64,000 bases of DNA from Acidimicrobiia bacterium (GTDB lineage: Bacteria > Actinomycetota > Acidimicrobiia > Spongiisociales > ZC4RG35): NCBI GenBank assembly GCA_041751055.1, contig JBGSYD010000011.1, positions 2,506 through 66,505 of the forward strand, written 5' to 3'. Below the pieces are notes generated by a model. That model worked only from the letters and a program-made list of their open reading frames with translations. It did no database searches and was not told the origin of the DNA. A program made the position numbers and the translations under genes. Shown piece by piece: positions 37,311-46,778 of the stretch. Numbering within the stretch: position 1 is the stretch's first letter; every line of letters begins with the position of its first letter.

Positions 37311-38750
37311 ATGCCTACTGATCTCAAGCTTTTCATCGCCGGAGAATGGACCGAAGGCACCGGAGACGACAACTACCAGGTCAGGTCCCCGGTGACAGGA
37401 GAGCACATCTACAACGTGCCCAAGGCCAGCCAAGGAGACATCGACCGGGCAGTCATTGCCGCGCGCGAGGCTACGGATGAGCTCAGACAGTGGACGGCGT
37501 TCGAGCGGGCGGACCTTTGCCTCCGTATCTATGACCTATGGCAGACCCGCATCGACGACGTGGCCCGAATTCTGACACTCGAACAGGGAAAGCCATATCA
37601 GGAAGAGTCGATCGACGACATTGCCGAGTCGGGTGACTATTTCCAGATAGCGGCCGAAGATGTCAAGCGAATGACAGGAGAGCTGATACCAACGACCGAA
37701 CGCCATCGGAGGATGTTCACCGTCCGGAGACCGGTCGGGGTTTGGGCTGCCATTACTCCCTGGAACTTCCCGGTGATGATCCCGATGGAGTACGTCGGTC
37801 CGGGGCTGGCCACCGGCAATTCGGTGATAATCAAGCCACCCGAATTCACGTCATGGGCCTTACTCGAAATGGCCAAGGTCTTCGAGGAGGCGGGAGTACC
37901 CAAGGGAGCCATATCGGTGATCCCCGGCGCGGGTGACATCGGAGAGGCGTTGGTCACTCACGACGGCATCGACGCCATCGGCTTCACCGGCTCGTCAGCA
38001 ACCGGGAAGAGGATCGTATCGCAGATGGGCCTGAAGCGGTCGATCATGGAGATGTCAGGAAACGGACCGACAATTGTCACCAACGATGCCGATGTCGACA
38101 AGGCAGCCAAGGCAGCCGTTTATGGCGCCTACTACAACGCCGGCCAGGTGTGTTGTGCCACAGAGCGGGTAATCGTAGTCGAGGAGGTCCATGACCAATT
38201 CGTCGAAGCCGCACTGAAAGCTGCCGCCGACGTCCGCCTCGGCGACCCATTCGACGCCCAAACCAACATGGGCCCGCTCAACAACGCGCCGACGGCAGAG
38301 AAAATGGACCGCCACATCGCAGACGCAAGGGATCGCGGCGCCGAAGTGCTCGCTGGGGGCAATCGCGCCGGTGGCCACCCCACCAACCTGTATTACGAGT
38401 TCACGGTGATCGACCGCGTGCCGGAAGAAGCTGCCGTGTCTCAGGAGGAGTCGTTTGGCCCGATTCTTCCCATCCTCACCGCCCGCGACGACGCGGATGC
38501 CATCGGGTTGGCAAACCGCACTCACCTCGGCCTCCAGGCAGCTGTGTTCACCAACGACCTCACCAAGGCGTTCTGGTACGCCGACCGGATTCGCTCTGGA
38601 ACGGTCGTCGTGAACGATTCAACCGACTTCTGGGAGACCTTTCAGCCCTTTGGCGGGGCCGCCGGCACCGACACCGGCTGGGGGCGACTGAGAATCGACG
38701 AGTTCACAGATCTGCAGACGATCGTTTTCAGCCTGCGCGAAGAGTTATAA
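37311..38750 (+). CDS. NAD(P)-dependent aldehyde dehydrogenase
   Basis: ITPWNFP, KPPEFT, FTGS, MEMSGN, NAGQVC, EESFGP. Confidence 0.93.
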   Translation: MPTDLKLFIAGEWTEGTGDDNYQVRSPVTGEHIYNVPKASQGDIDRAVIAAREATDELRQWTAFERADLCLRIYDLWQTRIDDVARILTLEQGKPYQEESIDDIAESGDYFQIAAEDVKRMTGELIPTTERHRRMFTVRRPVGVWAAITPWNFPVMIPMEYVGPGLATGNSVIIKPPEFTSWALLEMAKVFEEAGVPKGAISVIPGAGDIGEALVTHDGIDAIGFTGSSATGKRIVSQMGLKRSIMEMSGNGPTIVTNDADVDKAAKAAVYGAYYNAGQVCCATERVIVVEEVHDQFVEAALKAAADVRLGDPFDAQTNMGPLNNAPTAEKMDRHIADARDRGAEVLAGGNRAGGHPTNLYYEFTVIDRVPEEAAVSQEESFGPILPILTARDDADAIGLANRTHLGLQAAVFTNDLTKAFWYADRIRSGTVVVNDSTDFWETFQPFGGAAGTDTGWGRLRIDEFTDLQTIVFSLREEL

Positions 38751-38754
38751 CGAT

Positions 38755-38970
38755 CTACTCCATGGTCATGGCCATGCCGGCGAAACCGCCGGCAAACACT
38801 CCGAGCATCACCCCGGGGAGAATGGCCGTGGCAAACGAATCCGCAAGGGAAATGTTTGTTATCAGGAGGACGACCAGCGTCAGTCCGACGATTCCGATCG
38901 GTAGCCCGATCATCACTCCGCGGACTATCGCCTTGCCCATACGCTCATTGGCGTGATCGGAATCCGTCAT
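38755..38970 (-). CDS. Small two-TM hypothetical membrane protein
   Basis: 71 aa, two hydrophobic segments, fills the gap between genes. Confidence 0.55.
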   Translation of the reverse strand: MTDSDHANERMGKAIVRGVMIGLPIGIVGLTLVVLLITNISLADSFATAILPGVMLGVFAGGFAGMAMTME

Positions 38971-39042
38971 GTGCCCATATTGGCAGGAAGCGACGCTCTC
39001 GCCAACGTCGTTGCAGTCGTAACAATTCGTCGCGCGGTGGCA

Positions 39043-40326
39043 TCAGATCAAAGGCAGCTCGCCGGTCTCCGAATCGACGGGCATCGAAGTCCGGTCAGCT
39101 GGAAGGTTCATCCGTTTCACTTTGAGGATGAACGGGAGTTGAGCGATATAGAGGACCCCGGCGACGATATAGCCGGTTCCCAACGAGTAGATGTCAGCAA
39201 CTCGCCCCAACAGCGGCTGAGACACCACACCCCCGGCCGATCCTGTGAGGGAGACTAAGGAGAGCACTGTCGCCCGCTGGTGGGAGGGGATGATTGCATT
39301 GAGATAGGCCTGCTGCATGGGCCCGGCCAGAGCCCACAGCAGAGCGGTGAGGGTGAGGAGGGCGATTGCAAACCAGAAGCCGATGGGTATGGATAGGAAC
39401 TCCGCCAGACCCACACCAACCAGGGCGACACAGCCGATCACAATCGAACCGACCAAAACCGATGTCCGGGTCTTGAACCAGCGTCTTACGAGGCCAACTG
39501 TCGAGCCTCCGACCATCTGCGCGAGGGCGAAGACTGCGGCGGCAATGCCGGCGAGGTAGGTCGCGTCGGGATCACCAAACAGCTCGAGCAGATAGGGCTG
39601 GAAGGCGTAGAACACCCATATTCCGATCCCGAAGGAGAACGGGGCCGCCAGCAGGAACATTCTCACAGCGGGGTTGCGAAACCCGTGGGTCATAGATGCC
39701 TTGAGGATTCCGGTGACCTGATCTCGTATCGAGCCTTCGCGACTCGGCTCGTACCCGATGTCGTGCATGGCACGGTATGCAGCGAAAATCACGAATATCA
39801 GGAGGAGCGAGCGCACCGCATAGGGAACTCCGAGATTGATTGATCCGAGAAAACCCCCCGAGATGGTCCCGATCAGAGTTGCGGCACCTGCGGTGGTTTG
39901 TCCCCGGCCGAACACGGTCTCGATTGGCTTGTCGTAACCGGTTGCATCCAGAGCATCGACCAACCAGGCCTCAGTTGCCCCGGAGAAGAACGTGAAGCCC
40001 AACCCGATGAGCGCCGAAACCAGGATCCACCACCAGATTCCGGCCTCGTAGTTCCAAAGCGCGAGATAGGCGAGCGTCGTGACGAGAAGCGTCGCCGCCC
40101 CGAGGATGAACGAAATCCGACGACCGGCCGCGTCAGCGACGACGCCCGTTGGAACCTCGAACAGGACCATGCCAGCAGTGAAGGCAGCGTTAGCGACGAA
40201 GGCTTCGGTGATCGACAGCCCGGCGTCCAGGAGGAACAGCGTGTTGATGCCCCAGATAAGCGACGCAGCCAGAGTCTGAAGCAGGACCAGGGTGACATAG
40301 GTCCTTTTAATCTCTTCTGGAGTCAT
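39043..40326 (-). CDS. MFS transporter
   Basis: 12-TM pattern; FEVPTGVVADAAGRR.SF, SGATEAWL.D, RATVLS. Confidence 0.9.
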   Translation of the reverse strand: MTPEEIKRTYVTLVLLQTLAASLIWGINTLFLLDAGLSITEAFVANAAFTAGMVLFEVPTGVVADAAGRRISFILGAATLLVTTLAYLALWNYEAGIWWWILVSALIGLGFTFFSGATEAWLVDALDATGYDKPIETVFGRGQTTAGAATLIGTISGGFLGSINLGVPYAVRSLLLIFVIFAAYRAMHDIGYEPSREGSIRDQVTGILKASMTHGFRNPAVRMFLLAAPFSFGIGIWVFYAFQPYLLELFGDPDATYLAGIAAAVFALAQMVGGSTVGLVRRWFKTRTSVLVGSIVIGCVALVGVGLAEFLSIPIGFWFAIALLTLTALLWALAGPMQQAYLNAIIPSHQRATVLSLVSLTGSAGGVVSQPLLGRVADIYSLGTGYIVAGVLYIAQLPFILKVKRMNLPADRTSMPVDSETGELPLI

Positions 40327-40366
40327 GGTCCGCTCTTTTCCGTCGGCTAGTTAGCGTAGCCTCGCA

Positions 40367-41368
40367 ATGTTCACCCCTTACGAAGATCGCCGGGACGAAG
40401 TCCCGTTCGCATCGGCCGAATACATGTCATTCGCCTCGAGAAATTCCTTCCTGGGCTGCCCTGCGGTGACGCCCGGCGATTTGGGAGATGGAGACGTTGT
40501 GATCATGGGGGCTCCGTTCGATTGGGGCACGTCCTACCGGCCCGGGGCGCGCTTTGGTCCACAAGCCATTCGCGAAGCTGACTATCTGTCGATGGATGGT
40601 TCGCGCCCGCACCTGCCGACTGGTTTGGATCCTCTGGAAATCCTTGGCGTTGTGGACATCGGAGACGTCTACCTGCATCCCGGGCAGCTCGAAGAATCGA
40701 TATTCAGGATCGCCGACGCCGTCGAAGGAATCGCCGTCGCGGGCAAAGTGCCGATCGTTTTGGGAGGCGATCATTCGATAACCTGGCCAAATGCCCTGGG
40801 TGTGGCCCGGGTCCACGGTTTCGGAGAAGTCGCCCTGATCCACTTCGACGCTCACGCCGACACCGGGTCCGATGACGGCCCGCTCGTGGGCCATGGGACG
40901 CCAATGCGACGCCTGATCGAATCCGGGGCGGTTCCTGGCCACCGTTTCGTGCAGATCGGCCTCCGTGGCTATTGGCCTGGTCCGCCGGTTCTGCAGTGGA
41001 TGAGCGAGCAGAAAATGCGTTCTTATCTGATGAGCGACATCGTCGAACGCGGCCTGGGCACGATTGTCGATGAAGCTGTTGAATACAGCCTCGCCGGCGG
41101 CGCTAAAGGGGTCTTCATCTCCGTCGACATCGACGTCGTCGACCCTGGCCTTGCTCCCGGAACCGGGACACCGGAGCCAGGTGGCCTCAACTCGCGCGAG
41201 ATTCTGGACACAGTGCGACGATTGGCCAGGGACCTCAATGTGCTGGGAGCAGATGTGGTGGAACTGTCCCCACCGTACGACGGCCCGGGCCGGCAAACCG
41301 CATTCCTGGCCAACCGCATCGTCATGGAACTCCTAAACGGCATGGCCGAACGAAAGACCGCAACGTAA
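40367..41368 (+). CDS. speB: Agmatinase / ureohydrolase family protein
   Basis: GAPFD.G.SYRPGARFGP, LGGDHSI, HFDAHAD, GHGTP, SVDIDVVDP..APGTGTPEPGG; exact guanidino substrate uncertain. Confidence 0.8.
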   Translation: MFTPYEDRRDEVPFASAEYMSFASRNSFLGCPAVTPGDLGDGDVVIMGAPFDWGTSYRPGARFGPQAIREADYLSMDGSRPHLPTGLDPLEILGVVDIGDVYLHPGQLEESIFRIADAVEGIAVAGKVPIVLGGDHSITWPNALGVARVHGFGEVALIHFDAHADTGSDDGPLVGHGTPMRRLIESGAVPGHRFVQIGLRGYWPGPPVLQWMSEQKMRSYLMSDIVERGLGTIVDEAVEYSLAGGAKGVFISVDIDVVDPGLAPGTGTPEPGGLNSREILDTVRRLARDLNVLGADVVELSPPYDGPGRQTAFLANRIVMELLNGMAERKTAT

Positions 41369-41560
41369 GGCGGCAGCCCCGACCGACCGGCGTCTGTTTG
41401 ACCGGGTCACAAACCTCTGTGGGTGTGTGACTGAGTGTGGTCCCCGGCACCGCGACGACTACAAGTGTCGGAGGCAATCGGTCAAAGTCGGCCGGCAATC
41501 AAACAGGCATGGCCGAACGAAAGACCGCAGCGTAGGGCGGCAGCCCCGGTCGACCGGCGT
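41340..41560. repeat. 54-bp direct repeat pair (4 mismatches) flanking a 113-bp element with 8-bp terminal inverted repeats
   Basis: 41340-41393 vs 41507-41560; spacer begins CTGTTTGA and ends TCAAACAG. Confidence 0.85.
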
Positions 41561-41593
41561 TGGGAAAGTTCTCGGTACAAATAGACTCGACCC

Positions 41594-41986
41594 ATGGAGG
41601 CCACCTACAAAATCACGGTAGAGGCAGACGCCGACACCGTTTTTACCCATATGACGGACCCTGCTCTGCTCAGCAAATGGTGGCCGTCGGGAGCCGAGAC
41701 GGATCTCCGGGTTGGTGGCACATATCACCTTTGGTGGGAGGGGCCCGATTGGCACCTCCGCGGTGAGTACCTGGAGATTGATCCTCCTAACAATGTGCGA
41801 TGGACCTGGAAATGGGACCACGATGAGCTCCCACCCCGTGAGGTCGCGATCACCATCACAGGCAGAGTCGACACCACCGAGATCGAAATCATTCATGAAG
41901 CAGGCTCCCCCGAGGAGCGAGATTCCTACCTCGAGGGGTGGTCTCATTTCTTGGGCATCCTGGGAGATCTCCTTGAAAATCGGTAG
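41594..41986 (+). CDS. SRPBCC/AHSA1 (activator of Hsp90 ATPase-like) domain protein
   Basis: VF...TDP.LL.KWW, DLRVGG.Y, GEYLEIDPP...WTW, GW..FL..L. Confidence 0.88.
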   Translation: MEATYKITVEADADTVFTHMTDPALLSKWWPSGAETDLRVGGTYHLWWEGPDWHLRGEYLEIDPPNNVRWTWKWDHDELPPREVAITITGRVDTTEIEIIHEAGSPEERDSYLEGWSHFLGILGDLLENR

Positions 41987-42899
41987 CCAACTTGCGAACC
42001 GGGTTCGCTCCCGGATCATCGATGGCGCGGCCGGGCCCTTTCGTCACACGGAGTACCCACTGAGCAACAGTCTCGACTATCCCGGCGACCCTGGACTCCA
42101 TGGCCCGGGGTCGGTGACTTGGTCGGTAATGGGAGATGTTGCGACATTTGTCGGCGGAATACGCGGCCTCTTGATCCAGGCGGCCCATCCCGAAGTCGTT
42201 GCCGGTGTCGGGGATCACTCCCGCTACAGAGAGGATCCGCTTGGGCGCCTCTCTCGCACATCTGCGTATGTCACCGCCACCTCATATGGTGCGATGCCTG
42301 AAGTCGCGCGTGCCGTGGCAACCGTCAGAAGGATTCATCAGAGAGTGAATGGCGTGTCCGAGCGCGGGGTCCCCTATAACGCCGACGACCCCGGCTTTTC
42401 AGCGTGGGTTCACAACGCCCTGACGGACTCATTTTTAGTTGCGAATCAGGTCTATGGCGCAACCAAGCTGGGACCATCCGACGCCGACCGGTTTGTCTTG
42501 GAACAAACCAGTGTTGGCGCTCTTCTGAATGCCAACCCGATGCCTGACAATGCCGGGGCTCTCGAGGATTGGATTGTCAACCACCCGGATTTGGCTGCCA
42601 GCAAGGCCACAGAAGAAGCGGTCGAGTTCCTGCGACATCCTCCGTTGACTACCGGTGTACGCCTCGGCTACAAGGTCCTGCAGGCCGCGGCAGTGGCCAC
42701 CCTTCCGGCACGTATAAGATCGATCCTCGGCCTGGAGACCACTCCGGGTGCGATAGCCGCGGGGCAAGCTGCGATCCGGGGACTGCGTTGGGCGTTGGGA
42801 TTTTCACCAACATGGCATCTCGCCCTCCTACGCACCGAATCTCCGGTCCCGCTCGGCAAGTTCGTTCAGCCCCTTCCGGTCAACATCGAACAGGGCTGA
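41973..42899 (+). CDS. MpaB/DUF2236 oxygenase family protein
   Basis: DPGL.GPGSVTW.V.GD, LLIQAAHP.V.AGV.DHS, RL.RT, HQRV.G, WVH..L.DSF; likely TTG start at 41973. Confidence 0.85.
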   Translation: MKIGSQLANRVRSRIIDGAAGPFRHTEYPLSNSLDYPGDPGLHGPGSVTWSVMGDVATFVGGIRGLLIQAAHPEVVAGVGDHSRYREDPLGRLSRTSAYVTATSYGAMPEVARAVATVRRIHQRVNGVSERGVPYNADDPGFSAWVHNALTDSFLVANQVYGATKLGPSDADRFVLEQTSVGALLNANPMPDNAGALEDWIVNHPDLAASKATEEAVEFLRHPPLTTGVRLGYKVLQAAAVATLPARIRSILGLETTPGAIAAGQAAIRGLRWALGFSPTWHLALLRTESPVPLGKFVQPLPVNIEQG

Positions 42900-42915
42900 G
42901 CATATAGTTTCTGCG

Positions 42916-44217
42916 ATGGTCAGGATTCGCAGCACCCGCGTCGTCATCGAGGACGAGATCCGACCGGCGACCATCGGCTTCGAAGACGGTGTGATTACGG
43001 AGCTGTCCAACCACTCTCCCGACTTCGACTTCGGCGACAACGTGATCCTTCCCGGATTGGTCGATTCTCACGTTCATGTCAACGAGCCCGGCCGGACCGA
43101 ATGGGAGGGCTTCGATACTGCGACCCGAGCCGCTGCCGCAGGAGGAACCACCACCATCGTCGACATGCCCCTCAACTCGATCCCGCCCACCGTCACGGCG
43201 GAGGCATTGAGGGTCAAGCGCTCCGCTGCCGCTAACAAGTTGCATGTCGATGTCGCTTTTTGGGGAGGACTCATCCCGGGGTCGATCGATGAGATCGACC
43301 AGCTAGTCGCCGAGGGCGCATGTGGGTTCAAGTCGTTTCTGGTCGACTCCGGAGTAGAGGAATTCCCGGCCATCTCGATCCCGGAACTGAAAGCGGGCCT
43401 CGCCCGGATGGCGGAACTCGACGTACCTTCGCTCCTACATGCCGAAGACCCGGCGTCGCTACAACTTGTTCGCGAAGACGTGCGGGCATACCGGTCGTAT
43501 CTCGAGTCCCGGCCGTCGGATGGAGAAGGCCGGGCGGTGGAGTCTGCGGCCGCTTTGGCCGAAGAGACCGGGGCCAACGTCCACATCCTCCACGTCTCGT
43601 CAGCTGACGCTGTAGACGCGTTGGCGAGGGGCCCGGCGAACCTCTCGGGCGAGACTTGCCCTCACTACCTGATTTTTTGCGCCGAGGAGATTGCCGATGG
43701 CTCGACGGCCTTCAAGTGTGCCCCTCCAATTCGGGAGGCCCAACACCGTCATCGGCTCTGGGACGCCCTCCTCTCGGGAACGCTGGACATGGTGGTCTCC
43801 GACCATTCGCCCGCCCCGGCCGACCTCAAAGAGATCGAATCCGGCGACTTTGGACGTGCCTGGGGCGGTGTGGGCTCGCTACAACTGAGGCTCCAGTCCG
43901 TGTGGACAGGCGCGCAACAGCGTGGAATCGGTATTGAGCGATTGGCCCGATGGTTGGCAACCAAACCTGCCGAATTGGCCGGGCTCAGATCCAAGGGCCG
44001 AATCTCCGAAGATAAAGATGCCGATTTCGTGGTGTTCGATCCCGATGGCTCAATGACAGTGAGCGGACGTGATCTCGAGCACCGTCACCCGGTCACCCCC
44101 TACGATGGAATGCAGCTCAGGGGCAAGGTCATCACCACGATTCTAGGTGGCAAAACGATTTACGAAGACGGCAATATCGTGCTGCGGTCGGGAAGGATGT
44201 TGGTTAGAGATGGGTGA
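42916..44217 (+). CDS. allB: Allantoinase
   Basis: PGLVDSHVHVNEPGRTEWEGF, DMPLNSIPPT, FKSFL..SGV.EF, ETCPHYL, FKCAPPIR, SDHSP. Confidence 0.95.
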   Translation: MVRIRSTRVVIEDEIRPATIGFEDGVITELSNHSPDFDFGDNVILPGLVDSHVHVNEPGRTEWEGFDTATRAAAAGGTTTIVDMPLNSIPPTVTAEALRVKRSAAANKLHVDVAFWGGLIPGSIDEIDQLVAEGACGFKSFLVDSGVEEFPAISIPELKAGLARMAELDVPSLLHAEDPASLQLVREDVRAYRSYLESRPSDGEGRAVESAAALAEETGANVHILHVSSADAVDALARGPANLSGETCPHYLIFCAEEIADGSTAFKCAPPIREAQHRHRLWDALLSGTLDMVVSDHSPAPADLKEIESGDFGRAWGGVGSLQLRLQSVWTGAQQRGIGIERLARWLATKPAELAGLRSKGRISEDKDADFVVFDPDGSMTVSGRDLEHRHPVTPYDGMQLRGKVITTILGGKTIYEDGNIVLRSGRMLVRDG

Positions 44218-45640
44218 CATGATCAGCTCGGCCGTCGGGGGCCGGGTAGTGACCTTCAATGACGAGTTTTTCGCCGAGGCAGCCAACCTCCTCAACCCCG
44301 CCCCGCCGGTTTGGGATGAGAGTCGATTCACCGACAGAGGGAAGTGGATGGACGGCTGGGAGACGAGGAGACGGCGCGAGCCCGGTTACGACTGGTGCAT
44401 CCTCGCATTGGGGACACCCGGGAAAGTGGAGTCGGTGACAGTCGACACTTCCTTCTTCACCGGCAACTACGCCGAGGAGTTCAGCCTCGAAGGATGCGGT
44501 GCCGCTGCTGACGACGACCTCGGGAATGCCGAATGGGCCGAATTGATACCCCGGACACGACTCAAAGGTGACTCCACAGCTGATTTCGTGGTTGATGCCG
44601 TGCAACGAGTGACCTACCTCCGGCTCAATATCTTTCCCGACGGCGGTGTCGCCAGATTCAAGGTTGACGGGTCACCAATTCCCGCACGGGATGACGTGTG
44701 CCCCGATGACCACGGCGTGGACCTCCTTTCCCAGATCGTCGGAGGCACCGCCCGCGACGCGTCCGATGCCCATTACTCCCCTCCGTCCAACATGACCCGT
44801 CACACCGAACCTCAAGGCATGTGGGACGGCTGGGAGACCAAACGGCGCCGTGGCCCCGGTTTCGACTGGGCGATCTTCGACCTGGGTCTACCCGGCTCCG
44901 TTGAGAGCTTCGTGGTGGACACCCGCCACTTCAAGGGAAATGCACCGGGATGGGTTTCGATCCTCGTCGACGACGGTGGCGGCTGGTCCGAGATAGTGAC
45001 CAAGGCACCCATCCGGCCGGACTTTGAAAATCGGATCACGCCAGAAAGCAAGACATCGGCAAAAAGTGTGAAGCTGGAGATCCACCCCGACGGCGGTGTG
45101 GCCCGTTTCCGAGTCCTCGGGAGAGCACAGCGAAGTGCGGCGGGCCGGAAACGCCTCGAGTATCTCAACTCGCTTTTTGACCAGCAGGCCCTTGTCTTTT
45201 TTCAAACAGCTTGTGCGGCGAGAACCTGGGCAGCGGCCATGAACCGGAGTCGGCCCTTTACGAGTCTTGATGTCGTTTATCAGACGGCGGAAACTTCTTT
45301 CGACAAACTCACCGAGGACGACTGGCAGGAAGCGTTTTCGGGTCATCCCCGAATCGGTCAGAGCGGCGACTCGATGGCGAATCAGGAGCAAGAATCTGCA
45401 TCTGGGGCGGATTCAGGGACACTTCTGTCCCTTGCCGAGGTGAATAACCAATACGAAGCAAAATTCGGATTCAGGTACATCGTCTATGCCACGGGTAAGA
45501 CTGCCGCCGAGATGCTGGATATCGCCACGCGCAGGTTGGCGAATACCCGATTGGAGGAGGTCGAGAATGCCTCCATTCAGCAGCGACAGATCACAGCGAC
45601 CAGACTGCACAAGATGATGTGTCAATCGGGTCAAGAGTGA
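44210..45640 (+). CDS. alc: Allantoicase fused to OHCU decarboxylase
   Basis: NDEFFA, WMDGWETRRRR, IFPDGGVAR, GWETKRRR, IHPDGGVARF; then LN...CAA..WA..M...RPF, EAFSGHPRIG, YEAKFGFRYIV, EQ/QQ..ITA.RL. Confidence 0.88.
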   Translation: MGDMISSAVGGRVVTFNDEFFAEAANLLNPAPPVWDESRFTDRGKWMDGWETRRRREPGYDWCILALGTPGKVESVTVDTSFFTGNYAEEFSLEGCGAAADDDLGNAEWAELIPRTRLKGDSTADFVVDAVQRVTYLRLNIFPDGGVARFKVDGSPIPARDDVCPDDHGVDLLSQIVGGTARDASDAHYSPPSNMTRHTEPQGMWDGWETKRRRGPGFDWAIFDLGLPGSVESFVVDTRHFKGNAPGWVSILVDDGGGWSEIVTKAPIRPDFENRITPESKTSAKSVKLEIHPDGGVARFRVLGRAQRSAAGRKRLEYLNSLFDQQALVFFQTACAARTWAAAMNRSRPFTSLDVVYQTAETSFDKLTEDDWQEAFSGHPRIGQSGDSMANQEQESASGADSGTLLSLAEVNNQYEAKFGFRYIVYATGKTAAEMLDIATRRLANTRLEEVENASIQQRQITATRLHKMMCQSGQE

Positions 45641-45954
45641 CCCGCCTCTCAACCCACGTGCTCGATGTAGGAGCCGGGAAACCCGGTGCGGGGGTCGAAG
45701 TCACGCTCGAGCGCGAAGACAACACACAATGGCTCCCGCTGCACACGGCCCACACTGATGCCGACGGTCGTGTCGCAGATTTGGGAACCGCTCTCGGCTC
45801 AGGGACCTACCGAGTCACATTTGATACCGGAACCTACGGCAACTCGCTTTTCTCGAAGGTGCAAATCGTGGTGACCTTGTTTGACGACCAGGATCACTAC
45901 CACATCCCCCTTCTCCTCAGCCCATTCGGCTTCACAACGTATCGAGGAAGTTGA
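45637..45954 (+). CDS. uraH: 5-hydroxyisourate hydrolase (transthyretin-like)
   Basis: LSTHVLD...GKPG, HYHIPLLLSPFGFTTYRGS C-terminal signature. Confidence 0.95.
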   Translation: MTRLSTHVLDVGAGKPGAGVEVTLEREDNTQWLPLHTAHTDADGRVADLGTALGSGTYRVTFDTGTYGNSLFSKVQIVVTLFDDQDHYHIPLLLSPFGFTTYRGS

Positions 45955-45955
45955 G

Positions 45956-46774
45956 ATGGCAAAGCTCGGTGAGAATCGCTGGGGAAAGTCAGAAGTCAGA
46001 GTCTCCAAGGTCCATCGCGGGCCCGAAGCTGACACATTCTCCGACCTCATAATGCAGATCCTCCTGACCGGAGACGTCGAACGTGCGCATACCGTTGGCG
46101 ACAATGCGGGAGTCGTGCCGACTGACACCATGCGCAACACGGTTTACGGTCTGGCGCAGGACCATCTTGGCCATGACCTCGAGGCATTTGGTGCCGTTGT
46201 CGCCAAGCATTTCCTGAACAAACCCGGGATCGAATCGGCGCGGGTCGAAGTGAAGGAGAACCGCTGGACCCGGCATACCAATACCGGCTTCACCGGTGGA
46301 GGCTCTGAGCGCCGGGTGGCCATCGTGACCACAAACGCTGTGAGTGTGGCGACCGAAGCAGGCATCGAAGGGCTCGTGGTCCTCAAAACCAGGGGCTCAG
46401 CATTCTCGGGCTTTCCCGGCGACGAATACACAATCCTGCCCGAAGCCGAGGACCGACTCCTCGCCACGTCGGTGACTGCGACCTGGAAATATACGGCGGT
46501 GCCTGACGATACGACAGCCACCTGGGAGAGAATCCGGGCGGTCCTCCTCGACCGATTCTTCACCGATTGGTCGGCCTCAGTGCAACATCAGGGTTTCTTG
46601 ATGGGCGAAGCAGTGCTCGCGTCGATACCTCAAATCGATGAGATCTCGTTCCATCTCCCCAACCAACACCACCTTCCCTTCGACCTCTCTCGATTCGGTA
46701 AGGAAAACAACGCAAATGTATTTCACCCTGTTTCTGAGCCCTATGGCGACATCCAATTCACCATGACGCGGTAG
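45956..46774 (+). CDS. pucL: Factor-independent urate hydroxylase (uricase)
   Basis: WGKSEV, PTDTMRNTV, VLKTRGSAF.GF..DEYT.LPE..DRLLAT, SASVQ, LPNQH. Confidence 0.93.
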   Translation: MAKLGENRWGKSEVRVSKVHRGPEADTFSDLIMQILLTGDVERAHTVGDNAGVVPTDTMRNTVYGLAQDHLGHDLEAFGAVVAKHFLNKPGIESARVEVKENRWTRHTNTGFTGGGSERRVAIVTTNAVSVATEAGIEGLVVLKTRGSAFSGFPGDEYTILPEAEDRLLATSVTATWKYTAVPDDTTATWERIRAVLLDRFFTDWSASVQHQGFLMGEAVLASIPQIDEISFHLPNQHHLPFDLSRFGKENNANVFHPVSEPYGDIQFTMTR

Positions 46775-46778
46775 CTCG

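Noticed and set aside
41430-41480. Guanidine-III (ykkC-III) or other riboswitch in the spacer (CCGGCA...ACAAG-TGTCGG)
   Set aside because: Only a simple hairpin with ACAAG; the conserved upstream CGAGG and pseudoknot pairing are not seen, and it lies downstream of the agmatinase gene
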